64,000 nt of DNA from Seison nebaliae (taxonomy: Eukaryota). Below, piece after piece: positions 12,851 to 26,208 of this stretch. The notes below the pieces were generated by a model, which made no database searches, was not told where the DNA came from, and saw only the letters and a list, made by a program, of their open reading frames with translations. Positions within the stretch are counted from its first letter, which is position 1. Each line of letters starts with the position of its first letter. The stretch lies in assembly GCA_023231475.1 (NCBI GenBank), contig JALJEE010000561.1:1-64000 (forward strand), in the 5' to 3' direction. The position numbers and the translations under genes are program-made.

Positions 12851-15800
12851 TGAAATTAGGTTTGATTTTGATTTGATTGTCAATTAATTCATTTTCTTTT
12901 TATTTGAGAAATTTTATATTAATATATTATTATATATATATATTATAATATATTATACATTTTAAACCATTTTTTTCATCCACCATTTCTTTTCTCAGAC
13001 CATTTTATCTCATAACATCTCCATGATTCCATCTTTCCTATGTGAACTAATTTAAATTAATATGTTTTTGATGAAATTTCATTAGGAGAAGATTAGTATG
13101 TATTCAATAGATAATATTCATAGGAGGTTCAACCAAAAACCAATTTAACAATTTGTCTTTAGATGGAATGAAAACTGTGATTTCAGTTGATTCATATGAT
13201 ATATATGGATCTCCCCTAAGGGGAGAAGTAGCATGAAATGTCTTCATAACATTAAAAATGGCACGGTTGTTTCGAGGTTTGAACATTATGTAATAGTGAG
13301 AATAAACTGATGAATTTTAATAAGAGAATTTTGAAAGAAGAAGATTCGAGTAAGCAACAAGATATATTCCATAACATTAGATACGATGTAAGATTTCGAA
13401 ACCATATTTCATGAATTCACACTCTATCGACATGAATTCATTCACTTTCCATTTTCCATCACGTAATTCTTTTTCACCGTTATAAATGAGACTGTTCCAT
13501 ATTCAAAATAATTTGAACAAATAATATTTTACGAAATTAGTGTTCTTCTTTTCATTCTTTTTATGAGTCATTTAAATCTTATTTTTCTCAACTAAACTAA
13601 TGGGGAGAAACAATTGTGAACTCGAAATTTGAATCATGTAATGCTTTTCTCTAAAGATAAAGGTGAATAGTTAATAGAAATTTGATTGAAATGGTTAAGT
13701 CTAAGAACTTCGAATTTAATTTCGTGGGAAATTCCTACAGAGAATTTACCTAGTTCGAATTCGAAGAAACTTCTCAACCATTCGATATGAATGATGATAA
13801 CAAGACAAAAAAAAGATTAACTAGAAATATTAAAAAACTATTAAGAGATAATGAATTAATATGTTAGAATGTTTTTGGTGGAGAAAGAATCTGGTTAAAA
13901 AGGACGTACACTTTTAGACATTCACCTCAGTGCAGTATGTTATCATCGGAGTTTAATTTGTAATTTATTTGTTTTTTATATTCTTCCTATCGATCGATAT
14001 GTTTGACAGGAGTATCTTGATTTTATCAGTAAGTAATAAAACTATCTACCGTCGTTTATATGTTCTATGTTCGTTGGTTGAGTGTTCGTTGACTTATGGG
14101 ACATATCCATCCTTCTCATTTGTTTTATGTGACTGTGTGGTAAGGAGAGGAGAAGATAGATCGAAATTTAATTATAAAATTTTAATTTTCATCAATTCCA
14201 AAATCGAACATTGTCATTCGATGATGGACAATTAAACAATCGTCAACATGGTTGATCGGTTGAAGGAAAGAGGAAAGTCGATCTGAGAGAACGTCGAATA
14301 ATATTCTCCAAATGTCTCATTCAAATTCAGTTTGACGGGACGGGCAATTCAGTGAGGTTAAGTTTCGACATGATGGAAATGGTTTAGATGATCTTGAATG
14401 ATAATCGAATGGAAATGAACGAATGCTCTCACGTCAATTTATCGGCGATTGTTTTTGTGATTGTTTTGTGAGTGAATGGAAGATGAAGTTTACTTTCTTC
14501 CATTTCATTGGAAAGAAGAATAATGAATGTTTAATGAATTTATGAAAATATTAAAATATATTCTTCCTTTTTATTGAGAGATGAGTTGAAAGGATTTCTT
14601 CTCTTAATCTATGTTAGTGTTGTTTAATTATGAAGAATTATGATTATGGTGATGATGATGATGATGATGATTCTTATTATTATTGTCCATCTATAAATCG
14701 AATATTCGATTACTTGTAATAATGTATTTCTCGTAACATTTTGGTTATTTGGGATTCATCTCAAAATATCCATGGGCAAGTTAGGAATATGGAGAGGAAG
14801 GATTGGAAGGGCGCCACTTTCGAGACGTATGAAGTGAGTCGATACTCTATTTTGACTTATAATTCGGGATATGTTTGACTGAATCGCGCTTCAACTGAAG
14901 ATACGGAAGATGGAAAGGAAATGAGCATGTCGTATACAAATAAAATATTGAAATTTTGGGATGGAAAAAAAACTGAGGGAAATACTCGAAAGAATAAGAA
15001 CGATAGAAAGTTAGAGAAGAAAAGAGTGGCAGTATAATGCAGCATATGTTTTCAAACAGAAATTGAGAGAATACTGATCATCATAAAAAGAACAATAACA
15101 ATTCCCATATCAGAACGTAGTTTATACAATAATTAGAATGTGTTGCTCTAATTGTTGTCGTTATTGTTGTTGTTCGTTCTTTTTTTATTAAGATCAATAT
15201 CAATAGAATTATTGTGTGAAAACGTTATAAGTTATTGGTGAAGGAATTCTTCAGATATGTTTCTCCCAAACAAACAATTTTTGTATAGATTTCGATGTCG
15301 ATTTTAACGAATAGTTAAATCGTAGTTCCTATCAATCATCGTCTTCCGAATACAACATCCAAATAATGAATTATTGGAGTTCCTCATATATTTCTGATTG
15401 ATATTTCTATCATCTATTTATTTGTTGTTGAGATGTTTGTGTCTTCCCATTTGTTGTTGAGTGCTCTCCACATTTTCCCGTGTTCTAGCACAAATCTATA
15501 CCAGGAACAGATATCTCGTTACGTAAATCTAATTTCTTTTACTAATCTCCAATATTTAGTTTGAAGATAATGAAAAATTATTATAGGAGATATTTAATCG
15601 AATTAATTAATCTCACAACAGGTAAATGTTTTCAATACTATTTCAACTTTGAAGTAAAGAAGGGACGAAAATTTTAATTTGAAATTTAAGAAAAGAAATC
15701 CATATCCGAATTGTCCTGTTCGAAAAGTGGGAAATGTCCACGAATGAACAAATTTTTCCATTCTTTGTTTTTCGTTAGAGATTATTCACCAATTTCAAAT

Positions 15801-18800
15801 TCTGTTCCATTACGATCGTAATAAGAATGAGATTATCGAGTTGTATTGTAGAATTGTATTATCGATCGTTTGATAGTCTGAAGAGAATAAGTTCAATTTT
15901 CAAAAGTCTTTTCAATAATCCGTATCGTTTCAAAGTGGGAAAAGAAGGTTTATATAAAAAGTGTACATGTATTCCAGTTTGTGAAAGAGGAAATTATGTT
16001 TAAGTGGAATAATGGACGATATGGCTGATGGCAAATTATTTTCAATGTCTGTCTTCAAGAAGCTGTCATTCCTCTTGGAAATTATACGAAGAAATTCTGG
16101 TAAAAATATTCAAATGTTCCAATTAACCTCATCTAGCGGGGAGGACAGTATTGTCCAATAATGGAACGAACAGAACCATCGTGATGGAAAGTATTAGAAT
16201 AGTCATGAACAATAGTATTCCTACATCTTTATTGCAAAGTGAAATTTATTATTTGAATATCTTCCTTTCAGTTCGAAGTGAAACAGAAGACATTTCTTTC
16301 CGTTTCAAATCTAGTGTCATGTCCAGGGTGGCAGGAAGTACTTCTTCAAATTCATCTGCTTCTTTTTAAAATTTCTCTTATCATCAATTCATGATGATGA
16401 TGACTGATTGTTATGTCATCTCATCAAACTCGTCTACTTCATATTTTTCAGTGAATATAGGATACACTGATAATTCACGGGATAGACAGCAGTACGTTTA
16501 AGAAAACAAGTGCAGACTACTTCACAGACTAGTATAAGTAAATTTAGTTAGTTTCCATAATTACACAACATTTTGCGGAATGACTATCATACAATTGAAT
16601 TGTTTAAGTATAAGTCAAATTTGAGAGGAGACGACGGAGGGATATTGTCGAATTTACTTTAATTTTCATTCATCTTAAACATTTTCAGGAACACGGGAAG
16701 GGAAATGTGCAAGTATTAGTAGTGGTAGTGGTAATGGTAGTAGTTTCTTGACGGAAAAATAACGATCGATATCAATCAATTTTATTATCGATATTAACTT
16801 ATGAAGCGACTTGAATTAATTGAGAGAAGCATCATTGAATTTCGGTGAGTGAATCTTCTTCGATTAATTTACTCAACAAAATTTCCCATAAACGTAATTG
16901 ACAAGAAAGTCAAAAATTTATATTTATCATCCGGCTCCTACATTACGTAAAGATAATGGTGAAAGGAATGTTTTATGTAAATTTCCAAATTTCTTCAATT
17001 CTCAAACATGTAGAATTTTGATAAGTTTTTTCTTTTCGTTCCGTTGGATTTCTTTTCTTTTTTCTTCAACTTTTCATGATGAACGTAAGGAGAAATTGAT
17101 GAAGAATCTGAAGAAAATTAGTTAAAGTGAATTAGATGATTGAAAGGCATTATGATCGGTCGTTACGCCCTGTCACTTGCGCACCTAATCTTCTCATTTG
17201 GATGATGGACGAATTTGTTAATTTCATTTGATAATTGAAGTGGAATAAGAAGAGTTGATAAATGTTGAATATGAATGAAAGGAATCAATTGTTGATTGTT
17301 CATACTCTGCATCAACCAAAAGACGATTTAGGAGAAGAAATGAGTTGTCGATGAAAAAAAATTAAATTATCATGAAATCAAATTATATCACCATCTCCAT
17401 CAATTTATCATAAGATGATGAGATATTATCTAATTCGATAGATGTGAAGGTGAGAGAATGATTAATAGATTAGAATGGCGAATGATTAATTGCAATAATT
17501 TAAATCGAGCATTCAGGAGAAAAAGCAGAAGAGGAAGAACACTTGTCACTAAATTCGAAATGATCAATTAGAATTCATGACCGCGACGAAATTGTAACGA
17601 CATTTGGAAAACGTCAAGAAAAATTAGCTGAAATGTCAGAAAGAATCGTCAACTCTATTGCTACTTTATAATCGTAATTCGTTTCATCTCCTTTACTCTT
17701 AACTCCCATTTTTGTTGTGTAGAAGTTGCGTTAGACATTCTCCGAATTTTCTTCTGTTCGGGTCGAGTGAAATTTTCTTATTTTCAAAGTGAAATTATTA
17801 GACGAATCTCACGAGAAACGACATGGGAAAGGGAGAGAAATCGTCCAGTACATTACTCATCCCAAAAAGGAGACTTTATTGAAATTTTCATTTGAAATTT
17901 ACAAATGAATTTCTTTTGAAACAAAACAAAATTTTTGGGAAATGAAAATAATTTTACGTAATAATTATTCACATACCGATAATAATTTATCGATAAGAAA
18001 GAATGGTGAAGGAAAACTATTTTTCTAATTTATTTGTCCCTCTCACTCTTTTTTGAAAATTCATTCGATAAACTGAAAATCAGTTTGGCTTAAGTGTGTA
18101 TCCATTAAATGTGACCTGGAACGAATTTTTACAGTTTCCACTCCTTTCCGCCTCATAATTCTTCGGAGTGAATTGTACATTAATGTCGATGGCTGCATCG
18201 TGGGGGGCTGCATAAAATCCTTTATCTGATTTGATGGGTGAATAAGAATTGTGACAGCTTATGATCATTATTATTGAGTTGGATTATTAGTAATCGTATT
18301 ATTTACAATAATATTTTCTTCGAGAATGACAATATTCTCCACTCAATTCTTTAACTTATTTTCATGAATTTGTGTTAAATGTGAAGGAAAAATTGACGAC
18401 TGCCTTTATCCCAAACACTAATCTGTGAGGAGGTATATAATCGTCCTTCCCGTCATTCGTAAACACCAATTTGCCATTTAATCATTTTCAATTTTCCCTA
18501 AAATATTTATTAATTACTTTTATTCGCTTAAATAGTCGTTCTTCAGATGATGATGATGATTATTATTATTACCTATTTTCTTGAGCACTATCCTAAAATT
18601 ATGAGGAGGGTAGACAAGAACGATATGTTGAATAAATAGGAGAATAATATCGATATTGATATATTCCCATATTTATTTCTTGTAATTTTCTAATTAAATT
18701 TTTCTTCTTACCCAATTCCTCCTCATCATCATCGTCTACCGTTGCAACATTACCATTCACCATTGATCATGTAAGAGAACAGTGTAAATGAACTCATCCT

Positions 18801-19830
18801 CATAGCAATGTGTATATTTTCTTCATATGTGTCGATCGGATTCTACGCGGACATGTAAATAAGACATAATGCAGGTTGAATGTCATGAAATGGAAGAAGG
18901 CCAACCAAAACAGAAGAATAATTTGAGGAAAACTTAAAAATTTTTTTTCTCATCAATTTCTGCTAGAAATTTAATTTTGGTATATTCGAGTTCCTTTTTA
19001 ATTTATATCATTCCTCTCTTATCGAATTTCATTATTTACATTACACCTAATAACATCTCCACTACAATGTCGGATAGTAGGCAACCTGATTTAGGATGGT
19101 AGGCCGGCTACTGTTTCTCAAATATTCATATCAATGTTTCGTTAAGTTGGTGCTTATCTCAGGCAGGCGTAGAGAGATATAGAAATTGCATTTGAAATTG
19201 AGAATATAGTTTTCGATCAATTGGAATTTTATTGACCGACAATTCTTCTTCGGAATGGAGATGGTGAATATGGCTAGGAGGAAGGTTGAAGGAAGGAAGG
19301 AAGGAAGGAAAGAAGAATGGAACGAATAGTCTTGGAGAACAAATGTAGTGAGAATAGGAAGAAAATATTATGGCATGATTATTATTAGGCGCATATGATA
19401 TTCGTAGAAGTTAATGAAGAATTGGTGCTACTTCTTTCTTCTCCTCTTAAAATGTGTTCTCCTCAACATCAATGAAATTTATAAAATTTTATCATTATTG
19501 ATTAATTCTCTTCGATTCTTTTCTCATTCCATTCCATTCGACCATCCATCTCTAATTTTTTTAGAACATTTCTTTTTGTTGTGAGAAAATTGGAGAGTTG
19601 GGAGAAATAAGTGGAAATTAATTAAGCAGAATGAAGGTCCAAATGTTAATGTATCAGAATGTTGAGTGAAAGAAGAATATGAGCATATCTTTTCCATTTA
19701 AAAATATTATTATTACTCCTTCAATTTCGTATTATTATCGTTCTCCGGTGTATGAGTGAACATTTATTGGAACGAACAGATTTAATGGGTCATACCAATC
19801 ATTCGTCTACCAACGTTTAGCCATTAATAA

Positions 19831-22720
19831 ATGGCAGAAAATGAATTATTCTCTAATACTCGAGCATATGAACAGCTCTTCCGATACTTCAGTGTATTGT
19901 TCATGCCATGGTTCATGATTATCGGCGTCATTGGAAATGTTCTCGTCATTACAGCCATCTTGACAGATAAACGTTTAAGGAATCCGACCAACTTCTTTCT
20001 TCTTTCTCTAGCCATTCCAGACTTAATTGTTTGTCTCGTTGTTAATCCCTTTTCCATCCTCCAGACATTCCTCGGTTACTCCATTCTCATATTTCATATT
20101 CCCATCATTTATTTCTTCCTCCTCTTTAGGTGAGTGGCCGTTAGCCGATTCAATTTGTATTATATTCGTTTTCCTCGACGTACTTTGTTGCACGTGTTCT
20201 ATTTGGCATTTGGTGGCCATCTCTCTTTATCGCTTGGTTGGTGTGACATCGCCATTCCGCGTGCGTACCGGTGTTTATCGTTATATTTCGCCAACCAGTG
20301 TCATCCGCATAACAATCATTACTGTTTGGATATTGTCGTGTGCCATCTCGTCACCCGTCATCATTTTGGGCGCGACGAATGCATTAAATGTAAAGATTCC
20401 CATTATTAAGACCAACCTCACAACCAATCTATTGAGAAGAGTGAATCAATCAGAAATCGAAAGTGATTTGAGTAACGATGGAATCTTTACACTCATCCAT
20501 CTCAAACAAAGACGTGCATTCAATAAACAATTCCTTCCCAATTCTACATTATCCGTCATTACATCTCATTCAATCTCCACCAGATCCCTCTCAACCATCA
20601 ATCAAATCAGAATTAAACATTCAGTTAATACGACTCAACAAGTCGTCTTGTCGGAGAGCACATCCTCCAAACCCATCCTCCCAATTAACGGTTATGTGAA
20701 ACGACATCATATGTGTGGATTGAACCATAAGAATTTCATTATTTATGGATCCGTCGCATCGTTCGTTGTACCATTAGTACTTATCGTTATTACTTATGCT
20801 GTGACGATCGGACATCTACTCCATTCGAATCGTTCGAAACGACTTCTAGCCAATAAACAAACGAAGAAGAAACAACGCCGAAAAAGTGAATTCTTTTCAT
20901 TGAAGAAACCAAATTTGGCATTGGGAGCCAATTCATCGAAATTAGCCACTCCTAAAAAAAATTTGAATTGCAATTCATCAAGTCAACGATTTCCTTGCGA
21001 AAAATATTCAACATTACAACTCACTAATCAAGTGTCACCCAGTGATCATAAAACCGGTTCCACACTCAACAGAAAGCGAAATCAATTGAAAAGTAAATCT
21101 GATGGTGCTTTCAATTTGTGCAACGCCATCGTTCCCGTTAAACAAATATCGGAAGATGTTCCCGAATCGGATGCCATCGAATCAGATATCGCCATAAATA
21201 GTAACGAGAGTAGTCAAAATAATTATGATAACGTTATACCGATGAAAATGGCGAGAACTGATAGTAATCGGAAGAAGTTATTTCGTCGACGTCTGGAAAA
21301 GAGGAAGCGAAAGAAGAATTTCCAAGTGATTTCTATTTTGGGCAATAATCATTGTGATTCCGGTGATTGCAAACGGAACGATAGTGACCAGGATCAAGTG
21401 ACATCAGGAAACCCTCGCAATTGCTCACCATATCTTCGTCGTGCGAGTATGAATGCTATTTGTGGGACGAGAACGTTCCACGTTCCCAATATCCTTCAGA
21501 TTAATCGTTTATCGTCAGATTTTGAGGATTGTGATGAAGATACAGAAGATGATTTCATCATTCAGAGTATTCGATATGCTGATAATGAATCGAAGATCTC
21601 TCTCAAAGATGAACGTCAACTTCGGTTTTGTTGTCTCCTAATTCGTTATCGGAAGGAATCGATTTCAAATTCAGTCAATTCGTTCAATGAACAAAAAACT
21701 CCTTGTCAAATTCGATGTAAAGACAATGGGAAATATGTAATTAATAGAAATAGTAGTCTTCATACAACTAAGAACAACAACAACAATGAAAATAGTAATA
21801 CCGGCAATTATGATAATAATCTGTCACATAGCACTGAAAATAAAATGAGTTCTTACGTGAATAAATCAGCGGGAGTTAGTACAGAAGATGTCAGTTCGAT
21901 CATTTCTTTCCCATCTCTCATATCGATCATTGAACCTTGTTCCAATATTGCTCAACATTGTGGTGATTCATCAGATATTTTAAGATCAATCGATTTATAT
22001 TGTAATGCATTTATTAATCAACGATATCAATCCAGTGACGACTTCCCGAGAAATTTAGTCTCTTCTTCCATTTCGGATAATTCGCGATCGATCGTATGGT
22101 CGAAAGAAGATAGTAGTGTCCACATTTCCAAAGGAGACGATCACGAAAAATATCGTCGACCAACATCAACAACGCAAAGGATATCGAATTGTTTACGCAA
22201 TTCATATTTGTCTCATTTCTCGGTGAGGAAGAAGGAGAGTAAATTGAAGACATCTCGAAGTTTCCAGGAAGAGGCGATGTACGGCAAATTCGACACTATC
22301 TCTTGTAAGACGACGAACAATTTATTGAGGCAAAGTCGAATCACTCTCACCAATTATCGCATTAGTGTTTCGCCGTTACCCATGCGCTGTAAGAAGAGTA
22401 ATAATTTGCAGACGATGAGGAAAGTGCAGGTGAAGAATCAAGCGAAAGCATCGAAAGTTCTAGCAATCATCGTCTTAACTTTCGTCATTGCTTGGTTCCC
22501 ATTTTGCGTTGTAAATATGATGACAGCAGTGGAGATGCCACACGACGAAGAAAAAATGGGTAATTTTAATCCATCCGTATCTAACCAAGTCATTACTATC
22601 CTGACATGGTTGGGTTACATTTCGTCAGCAATCAATCCGATTATTTATACGATTTTTAATAAACGATTTCGTTCAGTTTTTGCAAATTTACTTTGTTGTT
22701 ATCAAAAGAAATTTTTATAA
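19831..22720 (+). CDS. Class A aminergic GPCR, 5-HT2-like serotonin receptor, ~944 aa, 2 exons
   Basis: Exons 19831-20074 and 20130-22720 (55-nt intron GTTACT..TTTAG). Motifs: GNVLVI, LRNPTNFFLLSLAIPD, EWPL..C..LDVLCCTCSIWHLVAISL (amine-binding D3.32), FIIYGSVASFVVPL, KASKVL..WFPF, WLGYISSAINPIIYTIFNKRFR..LLCC. TM3/5/6/7 wording matches the 5-HT2 subfamily best. Confidence 0.88.
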
Positions 22721-23664
22721 AAAAAAACACTTTATTTCTTCTTATTTTCATTATTGATTTTATTCTCCATTCTTTTAACAAACACATTTTATTTCTTTCC
22801 ATCTAAATAAACAGAATATCATAACGATCATCTACAAATGATTTTCATTGTCAAATTTTTTTCTGTAGTAGTTCACATTCCTCCTCATAACTTTTTCTTA
22901 TGACAAATAATTTCTGAAATCGTTCGAAATGAGTCGAACTCTTATCAATTTTAATCTTATCATTCAATCGTTTAACGAACGATTAAAGAAAAGTTTCTCG
23001 AATAGAAATTAAAATTATCAATAATTATTCATTTAGAAGATTATAATCTTACATTATACATATGCATAAATTGAATAGATAATTATCTGTTTTTAAGAAT
23101 CTCTAAAATTTGATTGATTCAACTCAATTCGATATTTCTAATTTATATTTAATTAATGAGTAGAAGTAGAATGGAAATTTGATGGAAATTATTAAGCGAC
23201 GATTTTTCATCCGATATATCAATTACAGTAGAAATGAACTTTAAAAATTGAGTACAATTTACATTTCAATTTCTCTCCTAATGACAACAAACATTATGCA
23301 TAGGAGGAAGAAGGAAGGATGCAGGTGTAGAGAACCAATCACCCTGGAAATAATAAATGACGAGAATATTTAGAGAGAATTTAATTTTCCTCAAATTTCT
23401 TCTTTCAATTAGGATAATTATGTAGGAAATTAATAATAGAAAATAATTTTCGATTTGAGTTAAAAGAAGAAAAGAGAAATTCAAATGGAATATGTATCAA
23501 ATGGAATATTATAAACAAAGGAATGTTCGAAAAAAGAATCGGTAGAGAAAGAATAAAAATGAATGGACGAAGGAGAATTTTAATGAGAATGAGAGAATAA
23601 TGAAATCAGTTTGAAATTGCTAAATGAAAATATTTAAACAATCGAAAGTTGCGCTACCACTATT

Positions 23665-24459
23665 ATGGCATATGTGGAATATTTGGGATGCTTTCTACTG
23701 GTTTGGTCATTTCCATTTTGGATTAGTTTCTTCTTCATGTTCAGACATCCAATCCAAATGATGTTGATGGTCGTGGGCAACTTCACCAGTTTATTCCCCT
23801 TATTGGTCACTGCACTATTTTGGTACATTACACAATCACTCCAGAATATCTATATGCTTCCACTCATATTCTCTCTCGTTTCTTTGGAGTCATGCCGATT
23901 GACGACACATTATCTCTTCAATCGATTTGGTCATGTCTTTTCGAGTCATATCGAAGCTGTCGAATTGATTGCTCACGATAATCTTCGAATTCTAATTGCT
24001 AGTAGCACTAATTTCGGTTTCGCTCTCACCATACTCTCCGTCAGCACATTAGACACTCTTTCCGTCTTATATGGACATGGATCGATTGGTATCAAAGGAA
24101 ATCGGACAGTCTACTTTGGATTCATCAATTCTTATCTGGGACTCTGTTTTTTCTTTATCAACTTTTTGGGAGGGACGTGTGTTTGCTTGTCACTCGATAA
24201 GATTTACTACGATGAATTAACACATAAAAACCGGATATTTTCTTGGATAACTATCGTTCTCTTAACTGTTCTACATCTACTCGCATCAACTCTCACTCAT
24301 CTGAATGTGAAGCGAACGAATATGGCGACAGTGGCAGTAAGCAGTGTCGTCGCTCTCATCGATCTACTTGTTTTCGTTTTTCTCACTCATCGACTCTCAA
24401 AAGAGATGCGGGAACGTATCGTCAATTATTTGACATATCTCCAGGAGAACATGGAATAA
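23665..24459 (+). CDS. APH1: Gamma-secretase subunit APH-1 (divergent), 264 aa, intronless
   Basis: 7-TM hydrophobic ORF of APH-1 size. N-terminal YLGCFL..HPIQMMLMVVGNF aligns to FFGCTF..DPLRVIILVAGAF, SLESCR to LQEVFR, GHGSIGIKGN to GPGTVGIHGD, and HLLASTLT to HLLTSGLT. Confidence 0.8.
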   Translation: MAYVEYLGCFLLVWSFPFWISFFFMFRHPIQMMLMVVGNFTSLFPLLVTALFWYITQSLQNIYMLPLIFSLVSLESCRLTTHYLFNRFGHVFSSHIEAVELIAHDNLRILIASSTNFGFALTILSVSTLDTLSVLYGHGSIGIKGNRTVYFGFINSYLGLCFFFINFLGGTCVCLSLDKIYYDELTHKNRIFSWITIVLLTVLHLLASTLTHLNVKRTNMATVAVSSVVALIDLLVFVFLTHRLSKEMRERIVNYLTYLQENME

Positions 24460-25556
24460 TTTCGATGAGAGACAAATATCATCATCACCATAATTTATGA
24501 GAATTGTTCATTTTTTCATTTTGTACATATTCATATAATCTCTTTGAACAAAATTAATAATTTTTCAACAATTTCCTTCCAGAATATATCTTCTCAGGAT
24601 ATTCCTTTTCATCTTTTTTTTTAATTTGAGATCAAAAATCTTATTTTATTTGAAGCATCACCACCTTACTCGACACAACCATCACATCGATCATCAGTTC
24701 CATCCTTCTTCCTTTCATGCCTATGACTCAATTCTTCCCCCTATGTTCCCATCTACATCGTAACATTTAATTCGAAATTTCAAAAATGTAAATGTCTAAT
24801 AATATTCGATGTGTTGGGTAGTATTTCGAGGGAGAATATTAAATGCAACTGTTTCACTCCCAATTCCATTTAATAACAATCGTTTCATGATCAATCAATG
24901 GAATGGATTGCATGAAGATACTTTTCAAGAAATTCACTTCCTCCTCTTTTCTCCCACAAGTCAATTGTTCCGATAGTACAATTAATATCACGAACATCTT
25001 CTTCCAACGATGTTGGATGAAAGTTCAAAAAAAAAACAACGATCGACATATTCTCCATGTGCAAAGCAGTTGCACCAAATGTATTGCACAAATTTATATG
25101 TAAAACAGAATATTTTATAGACATCGAATAAATCGGTAGGCGCATAAAAAGTCGGTTGTAAAGTTCGAAAATATTTAGACTGTTTTTTTTACAATTTTTC
25201 AATTTTTTTCCGAAAATAATTTATTATAAGGTCATTTTATAGAAAAAAAAAAGAAATGCACGAAATTTTTTTAGAAGATTTTCCTAACTAAATGTTTGAA
25301 GGAGTTTTAGGTTGAAAGAGAAATTGGTCGATGATGAGAGAGAATGAGTTGGAATATCTTTTAATAATTCGAAAATGCAAATTAGTAACTGATATTTTAA
25401 GTTAATCTCTCAGGTGATATTCATTAATTTGATATGATACGAAAATTATCTTACAAAAAATTTACAATTTGTTAGTTCTGTGTCAGAAACGATGTTTGCT
25501 CAAGAGTAATTCGCGATATTGTGTAATTCGGATGAGAAGAATAAGTGTGTTTAAAT

Positions 25557-25828
25557 GAATCTAGGACAGAACGGCACTCTTTAATATTTTTTTCTAAAAA
25601 ATGAGAATTTGGACAAAACTGCACCCTTTTTTATACATACTTTTTGAGTCTATTCTATTGATTGAAGGAGAGAGAAGTAGATAAGGAATTTCCTTTTCTT
25701 ATATAAAGAAATGTAAAGAAGGATAGGGATATAGAACAATCAAGTCTGTTTCCAAAAAGGGTGCAGTTTTGTCCAAATTTTCATTTTTTAGAAAAAAATA
25801 TTAAAGGGTGCCGTTTTACCCGGCACTC
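25557..25828. mobile_element. MITE / foldback element with ~75-bp TIRs and 8-bp TSD
   Basis: Left arm 25557-25631 (GAATCTAGGACAGAACGGCACTCTTTAATATTTTTTTCTAAAAAATGAGAATTTGGACAAAACTGCACCCTTTTT) is the near-perfect reverse complement of 25754-25828. GTTTAAAT is duplicated at 25549-25556 and 25829-25836. Confidence 0.85.
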
Positions 25829-26208
25829 GTTTAAATAGACTATTTATCAGATTGTGTCATTTTCTTAATGTCTACGTTTGAGGATTAACTACTATTCGAT
25901 AAATTCCATAGCATTAGACAGTTTGTCCAATTCCATTTCGATTTGCTCACCAGAGATGTAATTCTTCATCGTCCTATGTAATTTTATAGATCGATGAATT
26001 ACGTAGGTCGTGATAAATTGTATCACAAAGAATAATGCTATAGAAAGTAGACAGGAATCGAATGTCTTTCCAGATGATTTTCAGAGAAGATTTTCTTTTT
26101 ATTTTTGAGCGATTAAAATGAGTTCAAATGGTATGGGAGAATAGATTGGAAGAATATTGGGAAATCATGGAATTATTTCGATTAGATCAAACAAAGAATT
26201 TTCGTTGG

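Noticed and set aside
15250..15420. Minus-strand YLDVVF / KSTS pieces reminiscent of a Penelope-like RT C-terminus
   Set aside because: Too fragmentary; the frames are inconsistent and full of stops.
18080..18268. 62-aa minus-strand ORF with protein-like composition; similar patches at 369-680, 13104-13286 and 16000-16370
   Set aside because: Short, bounded by stops, and without a recognisable domain or clear splice sites. Possibly old pseudogene or transposon debris.
24891..25202. Minus-strand ORF containing NTFGATALH (ankyrin-like)
   Set aside because: Only a partial single repeat, no convincing splice partners, and it starts at a non-ATG codon in AT-rich DNA.
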